Source: Malacoraja senta (taxonomy: Eukaryota). Taken from it: a stretch of DNA of 64,000 bases. Every line of letters starts with the position of its first letter. Positions within the stretch are counted from its first letter, which is position 1. The translations under genes were made by a program, and so were the position numbers. The stretch covers positions 3,164,001 through 3,228,000 of the forward strand of contig CM075990.1 of NCBI GenBank assembly GCA_038087875.1, read 5' to 3'. Below the pieces are notes generated by a model, which was not told where the DNA came from, searched no databases, and saw nothing but the letters and a program-made list of their open reading frames with translations. Below are positions 39,321 to 50,859 of this stretch, piece after piece.

Positions 39321-39439
39321 AAAATTCAATACATATTATCCCAATCATTTAAATTCTCATCTCTAAATCATTAGTGCCAACATGGTGAGCTGTTGTAGCC
39401 AATCCATATTGTTTTAATATTATTGATCTTAAAGCTATA

Positions 39440-39710
39440 TTTAGTTTAGTTTATTTTATTTTATTTTATTGTCACATGTACAGTGAAAACCTTTTTTGTT
39501 GCGTGCTATCTAGTCAGCGGAAAGACTATACATCATTACAATCAAGCCATCCACAGTGTACAGATACAGGATAATGTTTAGTGCAAGATAGAGGTCAGTA
39601 AAATCGGATTAAAGATAGTCCGATGGTCTCCAATGAGGTAGATGGTAGATCGGGACCGCTCTCTATTTGATGATAGGATGGTTTAGTTGCCTGATAACAG
39701 CTGGGGAAAT
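39440..39710 (-). mobile_element. Rex1-like 3' UTR (empty-site paralogue of the HERO insertion)
   Basis: Matches 6667-6802 joined to 12074-12190. Confidence 0.7.
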
Positions 39711-40317
39711 GTTGTCAAAATATTGTGTTCGTAGCTGTCCCTAGATCTATTAATAATTTTCATTATCCCTATACCTCTGTATATAAACATCATTGAGTAT
39801 TTGTTAATATTTGTCTCTGTACCTGTTTTAATGATACACCATGCCTTTAAATACCAGATCTTGTTACTTTTTCAATACCTGACCCGTGCTGGTATTAATA
39901 TCTGCCTCCTTGCCTATTAATATTTGTCTCATGCCAATTATGAATAACTCTTCCCCTTTACCTTGACTAGTAACTCCTTAACATATGTAGTCATGCGTCT
40001 ATTAATAACTCTCTCCCTGTCTCTGTTAACACATGATTATATGGATATCTATTAATGTACTACTTCCAAATGTGTTTTCTCGATTAATACTAGTCATGTA
40101 ACCATTAATAGTTTATCATCTCTTGTAATGTTCCTGTATTTTCTGATTACATCTCTATTAATATGTCCACAAATTGACCTGAATACCTGCTCAAAAGACA
40201 CATCAACACATGTCTCAGTTTCCAAACAAAAACATGTACCTATTTTTTCCATAATGTACCTATATTTTCATGTAAACCTCTATGGCTACGACCCTTATTG
40301 GGAAACTTAACCTATAG

Positions 40318-40626
40318 ATTTTAGAGATTTTTGAGATACAGCATGGAAACAGGCCCTTCGGCCCATCAAATCCATGCTAACCAACCATCTCCTGTTCACA
40401 CTAGTTCTATGTTATCCCAGTTTGGTATCCAACACAATTAGCAGAAGCCAATTAGCCTGCAAACCTGTACGTTTTTGGAGTGTGGGAGGAGGCCGGAGCC
40501 CCCGGAGAAAACCCACGCGGTCACAGGGAGAACGTACAAACTCCGTACAGACAGCACCCGTAGTCAGGATCGAACCCGGGTCGCTGCCGCTGTGAGGCAG
40601 CAACTCTACCGCTGCGCCACCATGCC
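40318..40626 (-). mobile_element. HE1-like V-SINE
   Basis: Head, V-domain and tail. Confidence 0.85.
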
Positions 40627-41007
40627 ACTCCTATAGGCAGACCTGCCTCAAGTGACGGGTAGTGATTGCCGTTACATGATAGGCCCTTGGTGGTATCCAA
40701 TTCTCAGTTCATTCTCAGGGCGGCACAGTGGTGCGGCTAGTAGACTCGCTGCCTCACAGCGGCAGAGACCCAGGTTCAATCTTTACTACGGGTGCTGTCA
40801 GTGTGGGGTTGCTCATTCTCCCTGTGACCGCGTGGGTTTCCTCCGGGTGCTCTGCCTCCTTCCACAACCCGAGGACATGTTGGCCTGTAAATTACTTGCC
40901 CTCTGTATGTTCCCCCTGCATGACGAGTGGGGAAAGTGGGGTAACATAGAACTAGTATCAACGTGTGAGTGTTCACACTAGTTCTATGTTATCCCACACA
41001 TTAACTG

Positions 41008-41910
41008 CAACTTTATTATATAGCACATTTCATACACGAGGCAGACTCAAAGTGTTTCACATAAAAACATGTCATACAATAAAATGAAATAATAAAATGA
41101 AATAAAATAGAATTAAAAGAAAATAAAAGCAAAGTTAAAAATGCATTATAGAAAAGTGCAAAAGTTAAAAGTGCAACGTAGTTAAGATTTAGCTGAAAAC
41201 TAAAGTAAACAGAAAAGTTTTCAGTCTTGTTTTAAAAGTGGTGAAAGTAGGGGCAAGTGTTAAATCTTCAGGAAGTTTATTCCAGCTATTTGTTGCATAG
41301 TAACTAAATCCTGCTTTCCCATGTTTTGTATTTACTCTGGGAATCACTAACAGATTGGTCTCAGAAGATCTTAGCGGTCTAGAAGGCTTATATAGTGGAA
41401 GCATGTCAGTGATAGACTTTGGCCCTAAACCATGTAGTGATTTATAGGTGAGCAGCAGGATTTTGAAATCAATTCTCTGACATACAGGGAGCCAATGTAA
41501 GGATTTAGGAATTGGTGTAATGTGTTCAAATTTTTTGGTCTTTGTTAGAACTCTAGCAACAGCGTTCTGAACAAGCTGTAGCTGCCTGACAGTTTTTTTC
41601 GGAAGACCTGCAAGGAGACCGTTACAATAATCTAGCCTACTAGTAATAAAGGCATGTACAAGTTTTTCTAAGTCTTGAGCTGACATGAGTCCTCTTAGTC
41701 TTGCTACGTTTTTGAGGTGATAGTAGGCCGATTTTGTTACTGATTTGATGTGACTGTCGAAATGTAAATCTGAATCCATAATAACCCCGAGATTTCTGGC
41801 TTTGTTTGAAGTTTTCAGGGACAGAGAGTGAAGGTGTTGGGTTACTGTAAGCCGTTCTTTTTTAGCACCAAAAACAATTATCTCCGTTTTGTCCTTATTT
41901 AGTTGGAGGG
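41008..41910 (-). mobile_element. L2-clade LINE 3' fragment inside a SINE (40718-41995)
   Basis: Open 242-aa ORF LQLNKDKTE...LVHAFITSRLDYCN...LHWLPV..RIDFKILL. Confidence 0.9.
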
Positions 41911-42479
41911 TAATCATTAGGGTAATCGATGGTCAGCGTGGACTCGGTGGGCCGAAGGGCCTGTTTCTGAGCTGTACCTCTAAACTAATCTAAACTCTCT
42001 GGTGTGCTGAGATACCTGCTGTGGGTCAACCTGTCTCAGAAGGAGGGTGACAGTCACCTTTACTCAATAGACCATGGGTTTTGTGTCGAAAACCCATTTC
42101 CCAGTTGGCCAAAGGCTGTATGTGTAGGAAGGAACTGCAGATGCTGTTTGATATGAAACATAGACACAAAATGCTGGAGTAACTCAACGGGTCAGGCAGC
42201 ATCTCTGGAGAAAAAAGAATAGGAGACCCTTCTTCAGACTGAGAGTAAAGATGGATGTTGGGGGGGTGGTGGGGTGGGGGGGGATGCATGATCACTGATA
42301 ATTTGCTCAGATTTGTTATCGTGGGTGAATATATTATTATGTTTGTTATATTTGTCGTATCAAATGAAGACAGGTTACATTGATTGAATTTTATCTTACC
42401 ATTGCTGCTCTGTATGTTCTTAGTTTCTATAGAGATACAGTGTGGAAACAGGCCCTTCGGCCCACCAAGTCCACGCCAA

Positions 42480-43500
42480 ACATCGCCTCATCTGCTCCCA
42501 GGATGAGGTGTTCCACACCAGGGCATCGGAAATGTCCTCATTCTTCAGGGAACGGGGGTTCCCCTCCCCTACCATAGATGAGGCTCTCACCAGGATCTCT
42601 TCAATACCCCGCAACACTGCTCTCTCTCCCCATCCCACCACTTGTAATAAGGGCAGAGTCCCCCTAGTCCTCACCTTTCACCCCACTAGCCGTCACATAC
42701 AACAAATAGTCCTCCGTCAGTTTCACCACCTCCAACGTGACCCCACCACTCGCCACATCTTCCCATCTCCCCCCCTGTCTGCTTTCCGCAAAGACCGCTC
42801 CCTTCGTAACTCCCTGGTCAATTCTTCCCTTCCCTCCCGCACCACCACCTCCCCGGGCACTTTCCCTTGCAACCGCAACAGATGCTACACTTGTCGCTTT
42901 ACCTCCCCCCCTCGACTCCATTCAAGGACCCAAGCAGTCGTTCCAGGTGCGACAGAGGTTCACCTGCACCTCCTCCAACCTCATCTATTGCATCCGCTGC
43001 TCTTGATGTCAGCTGATCTACATCGGTGAGACCAAGCGTAGGCTTGGCGATCGTTTCGCCGAACACCTCCGCTCGGTCCGCATTAACCAACCTGATCTCC
43101 CTGTGGCTCAGCACTTCAACTCCCCCTCCCATTCCGAATCCGACCTCTCTGTCCTGGGCCTCCTCCATGGCCAGAGTGAGGACCACTGGAAATTGGAGGA
43201 GCAGCACCTCATATTCCGTTGGGCAGTCTGCACCCTAGTGGCATAAACATTGACCCCCAATTTCCGGTAGCCCTTGCTCTCTCCTCCCTTTCTCAGCTCT
43301 CCCTCAGCCCTCTGGCTACTCCTATTCCTTTCTCCTTTCTTCTCCCCACCCCCCCCCCCCCCTACATCAGTCTGAAGAAGGGTTTCGGCCTGAAACGTTG
43401 CCTATTTCCTTCGCTCCATAGATGCTGCTGCACCCGCTGAGTTTCTCCAGCACTTTTGTCAACCTTCGATTTTCCAGCATCTGCAGTTCCTTCTTAAACA
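42480..43500 (+). mobile_element. Penelope-like element 3' part (GIY-YIG plus pLTR)
   Basis: RVPLVLTFHP, CNRNRCYTC, NLIYCIRC..IYIGETKR; hammerhead at 43372-43399. Confidence 0.9.
43372..43399 (+). ncRNA. Minimal type I hammerhead motif of the Penelope pLTR
   Basis: CTGAAGA-AGGGTTTCGGCCT-GAAACGTT. Confidence 0.65.
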
Positions 43501-43566
43501 CCACGTCAAACATCGATCACTCGTACACTAGTTGTTTTTTTTTTCTTTCTTTTTTATTATTTTAAT

Positions 43567-43670
43567 AATATGGAACGCTTCACGAATTTGCGTGTCATCC
43601 TTGCGCAGGGGCCATGCTAATCTTCTCTGTATCTTTCCAATTTTAGTATATGTGCTGCCGAAGCGAGCAT
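43567..43670 (-). pseudogene. RNU6: Processed U6 snRNA pseudogene
   Basis: Full U6 with ACAGAGA box, about 2 substitutions against the vertebrate sequence as I recall it; A-rich tail 43535-43566; TSD CAC(T/C)AGTT; lies inside a SINE. Confidence 0.95.
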
Positions 43671-44004
43671 GCCACCAGTTCTATCTTACACCAAGGGACA
43701 ATTTACGGAGGCAAATTAACTTACAAATCTGCACGTCTTTGGAGTGTGGGAGGAAACTGGAGCACCCGGAGGAAACCCACGAGGTCAGAGGGAGAACGTA
43801 CAAACTCCATACAGACGGCATCCGTAGTCGGAATCAAACCCGAGTCTCTGAGGCCGTAAGGCAGCAACTCTACCACTGCGCCACTTTGTAAATTATGCTT
43901 GGCCTCATTTGACCCTATTTTGCTTCCTGTTTCACCTCAAACAAAGACTATCGTGCAACATGTTATAAAAAGGAACTGTAGATGCTGGTTAATACCAAAG
44001 ATAT

Positions 44005-44058
44005 GGGGTGGGAGATTGCAACCTTCATGTGGTCCACCCGGTTTCAACGAAAGCAATC
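44005..44058 (+). ncRNA. Minimal HDV-like ribozyme fold (slightly decayed)
   Basis: P1 GGGGTGG/CCACCCG; P2 GATTGC/GCAATC; P3 ACC/GGT; L3 TTCATGT; J4/2 CGAA. Confidence 0.75.
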
Positions 44059-44143
44059 ACCTGGCGTGCACAAACAGAAGATCAAACAGAACAAGTTGTC
44101 TTACAACTTCAAGCTGTGCACGCCATACGCAAGAAGAAGAAGG
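44005..44143 (+). mobile_element. Short ribozyme-headed retroposon, family A, copy 2
   Basis: 10-bp TSD CCAAAGATAT (43995-44004, 44144-44153); (AAG)4 tail. Confidence 0.85.
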
Positions 44144-45379
44144 CCAAAGATATGCCCGAAATGCTGGAGTAACTCAACGGGTCAGGCAGTGTCGCTGGAG
44201 AAAATGATTCAGGTAAGGACCCTTCTTCAGACTGACTGTAGGTGGAATCAGTCTGAAGAAGGGACCTGACCCAAAATGCCACCCATCCATTTTCTCCCAA
44301 GATGCTGCCTGAACTGCTGAGTTACTTCATAGAGTCACAGAGAAACACAGTAGGGAAATGGGCCCTTCGGTCCAATTCATCCATGCCGACCAGCATGGTC
44401 CACCTAGGGTAGCTCCCATATCCCTCTAAACTGTTCCTGTTCGTGTACCTGTACAAATGTTTTTAAATGATCACTCCCAAAGCCTGGAGTTACGCCAGCA
44501 TAATGTGACTATTTTTACTGCAGCGTGATGAGTTGACCAAAAACAAATAGCTGGGTCAAATAACAGGGGCTCTTACTATGAGTTGAGGCTTTGGATAGTA
44601 TTAGCTAATACCTGGACTATTAGACTCCAACACAACACTTACAGGAGATCGTACCATCATTTATAACTGAGGGACCATCACAACAAGTTCCAAACTGCAC
44701 TAAACTCCATGTACAGGTACATGGATAGGATATTTTTGAGGGGAGACACAAAGAAAGCTGGAGTAACTCAGCGGGTCAGGCTACATCTCTGGAGGAAAGG
44801 AATAGGTGACGTTTCGGGTCGAGACCTTCAGTCCGATATGTCGCCTGTCCATGTCTTCATGGGATGCTGCCTGACCTACTGAGTTACTCCAGCACTTTGC
44901 ATTTTAATCAAACAGTAGAAGATGCTGAAAAAATGAGTAATTTTGTAGGTCGGGCAGCATCTCTGGAGAACGTGGATGGGCTATGTTTCGGGTCAGGACC
45001 CTTCTTCAGACTGAAACTTCAGCTACCCATGTTCTCTATCCTATCCATATTCTCTGGAGGCTGCCCGTCCCGCTGAGTTACTCCAGCTTTTTGTGTTGAT
45101 TTTCAGTGTAAACCGGCATCTGCAGTTCCTACCTACACATTAGGTTTAGAGGGATATGGGCAAAGGGTGGGACTAGAGTAGATGGGACATGTTGGCTGGT
45201 GTGGGCAAGTTGGGCCGAAGGGCCTGTTTCCAAGCTGTGTGACTCTATGAGAATGTGACCTCATTCTCAGATTCAGACTCAACTCCATTCATTCCTTGCA
45301 CTGGCAGAAACATTTCCATCTCCAGTAGGTTTTTGCAATTAAGTTGAAAACAAAATGAAAAGCAATGGTGAGCCATAAA

Positions 45380-45674
45380 CAAGAAGAAGGGTTTGGGCCC
45401 GAAACGTTGCCTATTTCCTTCGCTCCATAGATGCTGCCTCACCCGCTGAGTTTCTTCAGCATTTTTGTCTACCTTCGATTTTCCAGCATCTGCAGTTCCT
45501 TCTTGAACATTTTATCTACTCCACTGTGATATCTCCTCAAGGTATGCCCACTTTGAAGAAGTTCTCCTCCTCCCTCCGAAGGAAGAAGGGTTTCAGCCCG
45601 AAACGTTGCCTATTTCCTTCGCTCCATAGATGCTGCTGCACCCGCTGAGTTTCTCCAGCATTTTTGTCTACCTA
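45380..45674 (+). mobile_element. Tandem Penelope-pLTR (hammerhead) dimer
   Basis: Two direct units about 200 bp apart; 11-bp TSD TGAGCCATAAA. Confidence 0.75.
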
Positions 45675-45844
45675 TGAGCCATAAATAGCTGAGGCAGTAC
45701 CTTGCTCATTGATGGGGAGACCACGCTTAGCAATGTCTTTGAATTTAAACAGAGCATTCAATCATTGAATGAGTTTGGATGTTAGTTAGCTGAAAGTAGA
45801 CCCCATCAGTTGTATAGCCAGATGCCACCCCAGAATTGAATGGG

Positions 45845-46240
45845 GTGGCACTGCAGCGCAGCAGTAGAGCTGCTGCCTTACAGCGCCAGAGACCCGGGTT
45901 CGATCCCAACTACATGTGCTGCCTGTATGGAGTTTGTACGTTCTCCCTGTAACCTGGTGGGTTTCATCCAGGATCTCCGCTTTCCTCCCGCACTCCATAG
46001 ATGTGCAGGTTTGTACGTTAATTGGCTTCGGCAATATTGTAAATTGTCCCTCGTGTGTGTAGGATAGTGTTCGTGTGCGGGGATCGCTGGTCGGTGTGGA
46101 CCCGATGGGCCAAAGGGCCTGCTTCCGCGCTGTATCTCTAAACTAAACTGAACTAAACATAGAACTAGTGTGAACAGGAGATCGCGGACTCGGTGGGCCA
46201 AAGGGCCTGCTTCCGCGCTGTATCTCTAAAATAAACTAAA
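45845..46240 (+). mobile_element. HE1-like V-SINE with duplicated tail
   Basis: GGGCCAAAGGGCCTGCTTCCGCGCTGTATCTCTAAA occurs twice. Confidence 0.85.
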
Positions 46241-47226
46241 ATTGAGGTACATGTTCAGACAAAGAGCAAAGTGGCATCACCAAATATCAGAGCAGCCTCA
46301 AGCATAATCACAATGTACTAATTTGCAATAATGCTCGTTTGTGATTCCATTTTCTGGCAAATATAATCAAAGAGCGAAGAATCGAACAGCCAGTTAATTC
46401 CGGCGTTTGGCCCGTCTGCCGTTTTGCCGATACCCACGTGACGCCTAATGAATGTAAACATCCCATCAAATAATCAGCAGTTGAAGTTGATTTATCTACA
46501 AACAAAAATCAAGTTGTAGCCTTTTATTTATGTCTGAAGGGGAAATCTATGCTTGACCTTAGTGAGTTTCTCCGTCTATTGATAAATTGGGCTGGACGTC
46601 GAGAATGGAATTGGCTTCATTTGTTTCTCTGTCTGGGTAATGACAGCTGGCTATACAATTGATGGGGTATACTCTCCCTTAACCAACATCCAAACTCATT
46701 TATTGGCTTTTATTTTTTTTTTGCCACATTTGACAAGTTTGTTCCCTGGCAGTGGTCCTCTGGAGGTGTATGATGCACAACACTATTAGTCAAGTAAAGC
46801 ATAGTAAGTGCTTTGTGATGTCTAGTTACTGTTAAAGTGACAGTGTCCTGCTGTATGATAGCTGTGTCAGCATATGGAACAGCCGGAGGCTTGGCGTTCT
46901 CCGGAGCCCCGTGCAGAAGTCTATTTATCCCTCATCGTGACTGGAGCCAGGTTCGCTTGGCAGAGAGTGATAGAGGCAGAACAGGACGGTTGTTATTGGT
47001 GACGGGACAAAGAGTGCAGCCCAATCAAGACCTGCCCTGGCAGTGGGCAGTGCATCATTGTGTGCTAATTTGTGGGGTGCGTTAGGCTTCAAGAATGCAA
47101 TGCAATAACAAAAACTCATCCTTAACAGCTAAAGTGGCGCAGTGGTCGAGTTGCCAACTCTCAAAGACATATTTTTATACTCATCCTGCCCTAATCCATT
47201 TTATTCTCTCCACAATCCTATCAGGA

Positions 47227-47550
47227 GCGGCACGGTGGCGCAATGGTAGAGCTGCTGCCTTACAATGCCAGGAACCCCGGATTCGATCCTTCCTACTGGT
47301 GCTGTCTGTACAGAGTTTGTACATACTCCGTGTGATGCTGTGGGTTTTCTCCGGGTGCTCCGGTTTCATCCCACATTCCAAAGACATGCAGGTTTGTCGC
47401 TTAATTGACCTCTGTAAATTATCCCCAGGGTGTAGGATAGAACTAGTGTACGGGATGATCGTTGGTCGGCATGGACTCGGTGGGCCGAAGGGCCTGTTTC
47501 CACGCTGTATCTCTCAACTAAACTAAACTAAACTAAACTAAACTAAACTC
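47227..47550 (+). mobile_element. HE1-like V-SINE
   Basis: Head, V-domain, (AACTA)n tail. Confidence 0.85.
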
Positions 47551-47979
47551 AGCTAAATCATCAATTTGAAATATGGGACTTAGTATTTGAAAGGGGGTGT
47601 GTTTTACAGATGTGGACATATGTGAGATTAATAAACTATTTTGGAAGCGATTCTGCAAGGCAAGAATACACAAGGAACTGCAGATGCTGGTTTTACAGAA
47701 AAAAGACACAAAGTGCTGGAGTAACTCAGCGGGTCAGGCAGCATCTCTGGAGGACATGGATAGGTGATGTTTCGGGTCGGGACCCTTCTTCAGATTAATC
47801 TGCAGATGGGCTTTAACTTGATTGAGTGGGACCAGATAGTGAACTGGCTGTCTACGTAAATACGTGAATTCAACGGGTCAGTTTGCTGGAATGAAGGATC
47901 TTTCAACTCAAATATTATTCTTTAGGAGGAGAGAGAGGCAAAGTAGGATCAAAGTAGGAACAAAGTTTCCAGTCTAGAA

Positions 47980-48520
47980 TCTGCTGAACACCTCCGCTCA
48001 GTCCGCCTAAACCTACCTGATGTACCGGTTGCTAAACACTTTAACTCCCCCTCCCATTCCCACACTGAGCTTCTGTCCTGGGCCTCCTCCATTGTCAGAG
48101 CAAGGCCCAGCGCAAATTGGAAGAACAGGACCTCATATTTCACTTGGGCAGCTTACACCCCAGTGGTAGGAGCATTGACTTCTCTAACTTTGTAACCCTT
48201 GCTTTCCCTCTCTCTCCAACCCTCCCCTTTCCTAGTTCTACATTAGTCCGACTCTCGCCCGGATTAAATTGTATCCCTGTCTGCTTCAATGTCACCTTCT
48301 CCTAGCTAACAATGATCTAGTCTACATTTTCCCTGAGCGTCATCCCCTTTGATGACTCATTTTCCCACCTGATACTCCCTTATCTCCGTGTCTTCCTCTC
48401 CCCCGAATCTCAGTCTGAAGAAGGGTCTCGAGCCGAAACGTCACCCATTCCTTCTCTCCCGAGATGCTGCCTGTCCCGCCAGAGTTACTCCAGCATTTTG
48501 TGTCTATCTTCGGTTTACAG
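47980..48520 (+). mobile_element. Penelope-like 3' fragment with pLTR
   Basis: GIY-YIG C-terminus; hammerhead CTGAAGAAGGGTCTCGAGCCGAAACGTC at 48415-48442. Confidence 0.8.
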
Positions 48521-48539
48521 TAGAGATAGACAGGACAGG

Positions 48540-49330
48540 GGGGCGCGGTGGCGCAGCGGTAGAGTTGCTGCCCCACAGCGCCAGAGACCCGGGTTCGATC
48601 CTGACTATGGGTGCTGCCTGTACGGAGTTAGTACGTTCTCCCCGTGACCTGCGTGGGTTTCTCCGGGATCTCCAGTTTCCTCCCACACTCCAAGTACATA
48701 CATAAATACATACATAAATACGTAGGTACAGAATAAATGCTGGAGAAACTCAGCGGGTGAGGCAGCATCTATGGAGAGAAGGTATAGGCCACGTTTCAGG
48801 TCTCGACCCATTTTTTGTCTCCCTTCTATTTTTCCAGCATCTGCAGTTCTTTCTCATACATAAATAAGTAGGTTAATTGGCTTCTGCAAAGAAATTGTAA
48901 ATTGTCCCTAGTGTGTGTGAAGGATAGCGTAAAACCCCTGTCCCACGGTACGAGTTCATTCCAAGAGCTCTACCAAGTTTGCCCTGATTCGAACTCGGAG
49001 ATTTACGGCAATGGCCACTCGTCGGTACTCGGGGCTCTCGTGGACATTTTTCCTCATGTTGAAAAACCTTCACGAGTCTTCCCGTGCTTACCTGCTGTTA
49101 GCGAGTCTTCCCGAGTACCTGCCGTTAGCGCTAAGAGACGTCCCCGAGCTCCGAAGTACCCGCTACGTTCATTCTCCGTGCTTACCACGAGTTTGATTTT
49201 TTTTAAACTCTGGAGATCTCTTGGAATGAACTCGTACCGTGGGACAGGCCTATTAGTGTGTGGGGATCGCTGGTCGGCGCGGACTCGGAGGGCTGAAGGG
49301 CCTTTTCCTCGCTGTCTCTCTAAACTAAAA
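48540..49330 (+). mobile_element. HE1-like V-SINE with nested pLTR foldback and MITE
   Basis: SINE segments 48540-48695, 48868-48932, 49253-49330. Confidence 0.8.
48933..49252. mobile_element. PIF/Harbinger-type MITE, family A
   Basis: TIR ..CCTGTCCCACGGTACGAGTTCATTCCAAGAG; TAA/TTA flanks. Confidence 0.85.
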
Positions 49331-49759
49331 TAAAGATAGAGTGGATGAGAGAAATATGAGGCAGGTAGAAGCGATAAGATTAAATGAAGAAAGATAAACG
49401 GAGAGAAAGAAAAATTGAATAATGTTGATAGTGAGGAAAAGTCGGGAAAACTGTAAAGCATTTATTTTGGTCGAAGAATCTCTCGCGACAATTTAATACC
49501 TGCAGGAATGCAACTCAACAGCTTAAGTGGCTCCCTTTCTGGATGGGAGATGTTGTATAATTAATTTTCATCTCATTAATTCACACTCCTAACTTTCTGT
49601 AGTGAATTAAATGGGAAATTAATGTGTAAATCTAGGAAGTTGTGAAAACCAACTGTGATGCTGTGATGTTTAGCAAGCAGAGCAGTGCAAATTGACCAGA
49701 AAATTCACAACTTATGGCAAATCGCTGATTTCCTGAACGTTGGGGGCTGATTTGTGCAT

Positions 49760-50045
49760 TTTCGTTTAGAGATACTACGCGGAAACAGGCCCTTCGGCCC
49801 ACCGAGCCCGCACCGACCAGCGATCCCCGCGCATTAACACCACCCTAACACACACTAGGGACAAGTTACAATTAACCTACAAAGCTGCTTGTCTTTGGAG
49901 TGTGGGAGGAAACCGAAGATCGCAGAGAGAACCCACGCAGGTCACGGGGAGAACGTGCAAACTCCATAGAGACAAGCAGCCATAGTCAGGATCGAACCCG
50001 GGTCTCTGGCGCTGTAACTCAGTAGCTCTACTGCTGCGCCACCGT
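49760..50045 (-). mobile_element. HE1-like V-SINE
   Basis: Head, V-domain and tail. Confidence 0.85.
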
Positions 50046-50469
50046 AACGTTGAATAGATGTCTTTAAAGTGGATCACGCTCAACAACCCACAATGCAATG
50101 TTTATTCCTGCATTGAACAATCCCCTGCAGCACAGATAGAACCAGAGGTCATGTTCATCTCATAAGTAGTAGGAGCAGAATTAGGCCATTCGGCCCATCA
50201 AGTCTCCTGCGCCATTCAATCATGGCCGATCCATGTCTCCCTCTCAACCCCATTCTCCTGCCTTCTCCCCATAACCCCTGACACCCGTACTAATCAAGAA
50301 TCTATCTATCTCTGCTTTAAAAATATCCACTGACTTGGCCTCCACAGCCTTCTGTATCACTAAATTCCACAGATTCACCACCCTCTGACTAAAGAATTCC
50401 TCATCTCTTTTCTAAAGGTAGGTCCATTTATCCTGAGGCTGTGGCCTCTGGCCCTAGACTCTCCCACTA

Positions 50470-50790
50470 GTTTAGATTTGTTTAGATTAGCCATACAGAG
50501 TGGAAACAGGTCCTTCGACCCACCGAGTCCACACCAACCAGCGATCACCACGCATTAACACTACACACACTAGGGACAATTTACACTTAGACCAAGCCAA
50601 TTAATATACAAACCTGTATGTCTTTGGAGTGTGGGAGGAAATGGAAGATCTCGGAGAAAATGCACGTGGTCACGAGGGGAACGTGCATACTCCGTACAGA
50701 CAGCACCTGTAGTCAGGATTAAACATGGATATCCAGCGCTACAAGCGCTGTAAGGCAGCAACTCTACCGCTGAACCACCGCGCCACCCTG
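50470..50790 (-). mobile_element. HE1-like V-SINE inside a CR1 fragment (50160-50845)
   Basis: Head, V-domain and tail. Confidence 0.8.
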
Positions 50791-50859
50791 GCGCCCCACG
50801 GAAACATTCTTTCCACATCCAACTCTATCCAGACCTTTCACTATATGGTGCATGTAGAG

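Noticed and set aside
43567..43670. Functional U6 gene
   Set aside because: It has an A-tail and TSD, lacks the T-run terminator, and has SINE sequence upstream instead of a promoter.
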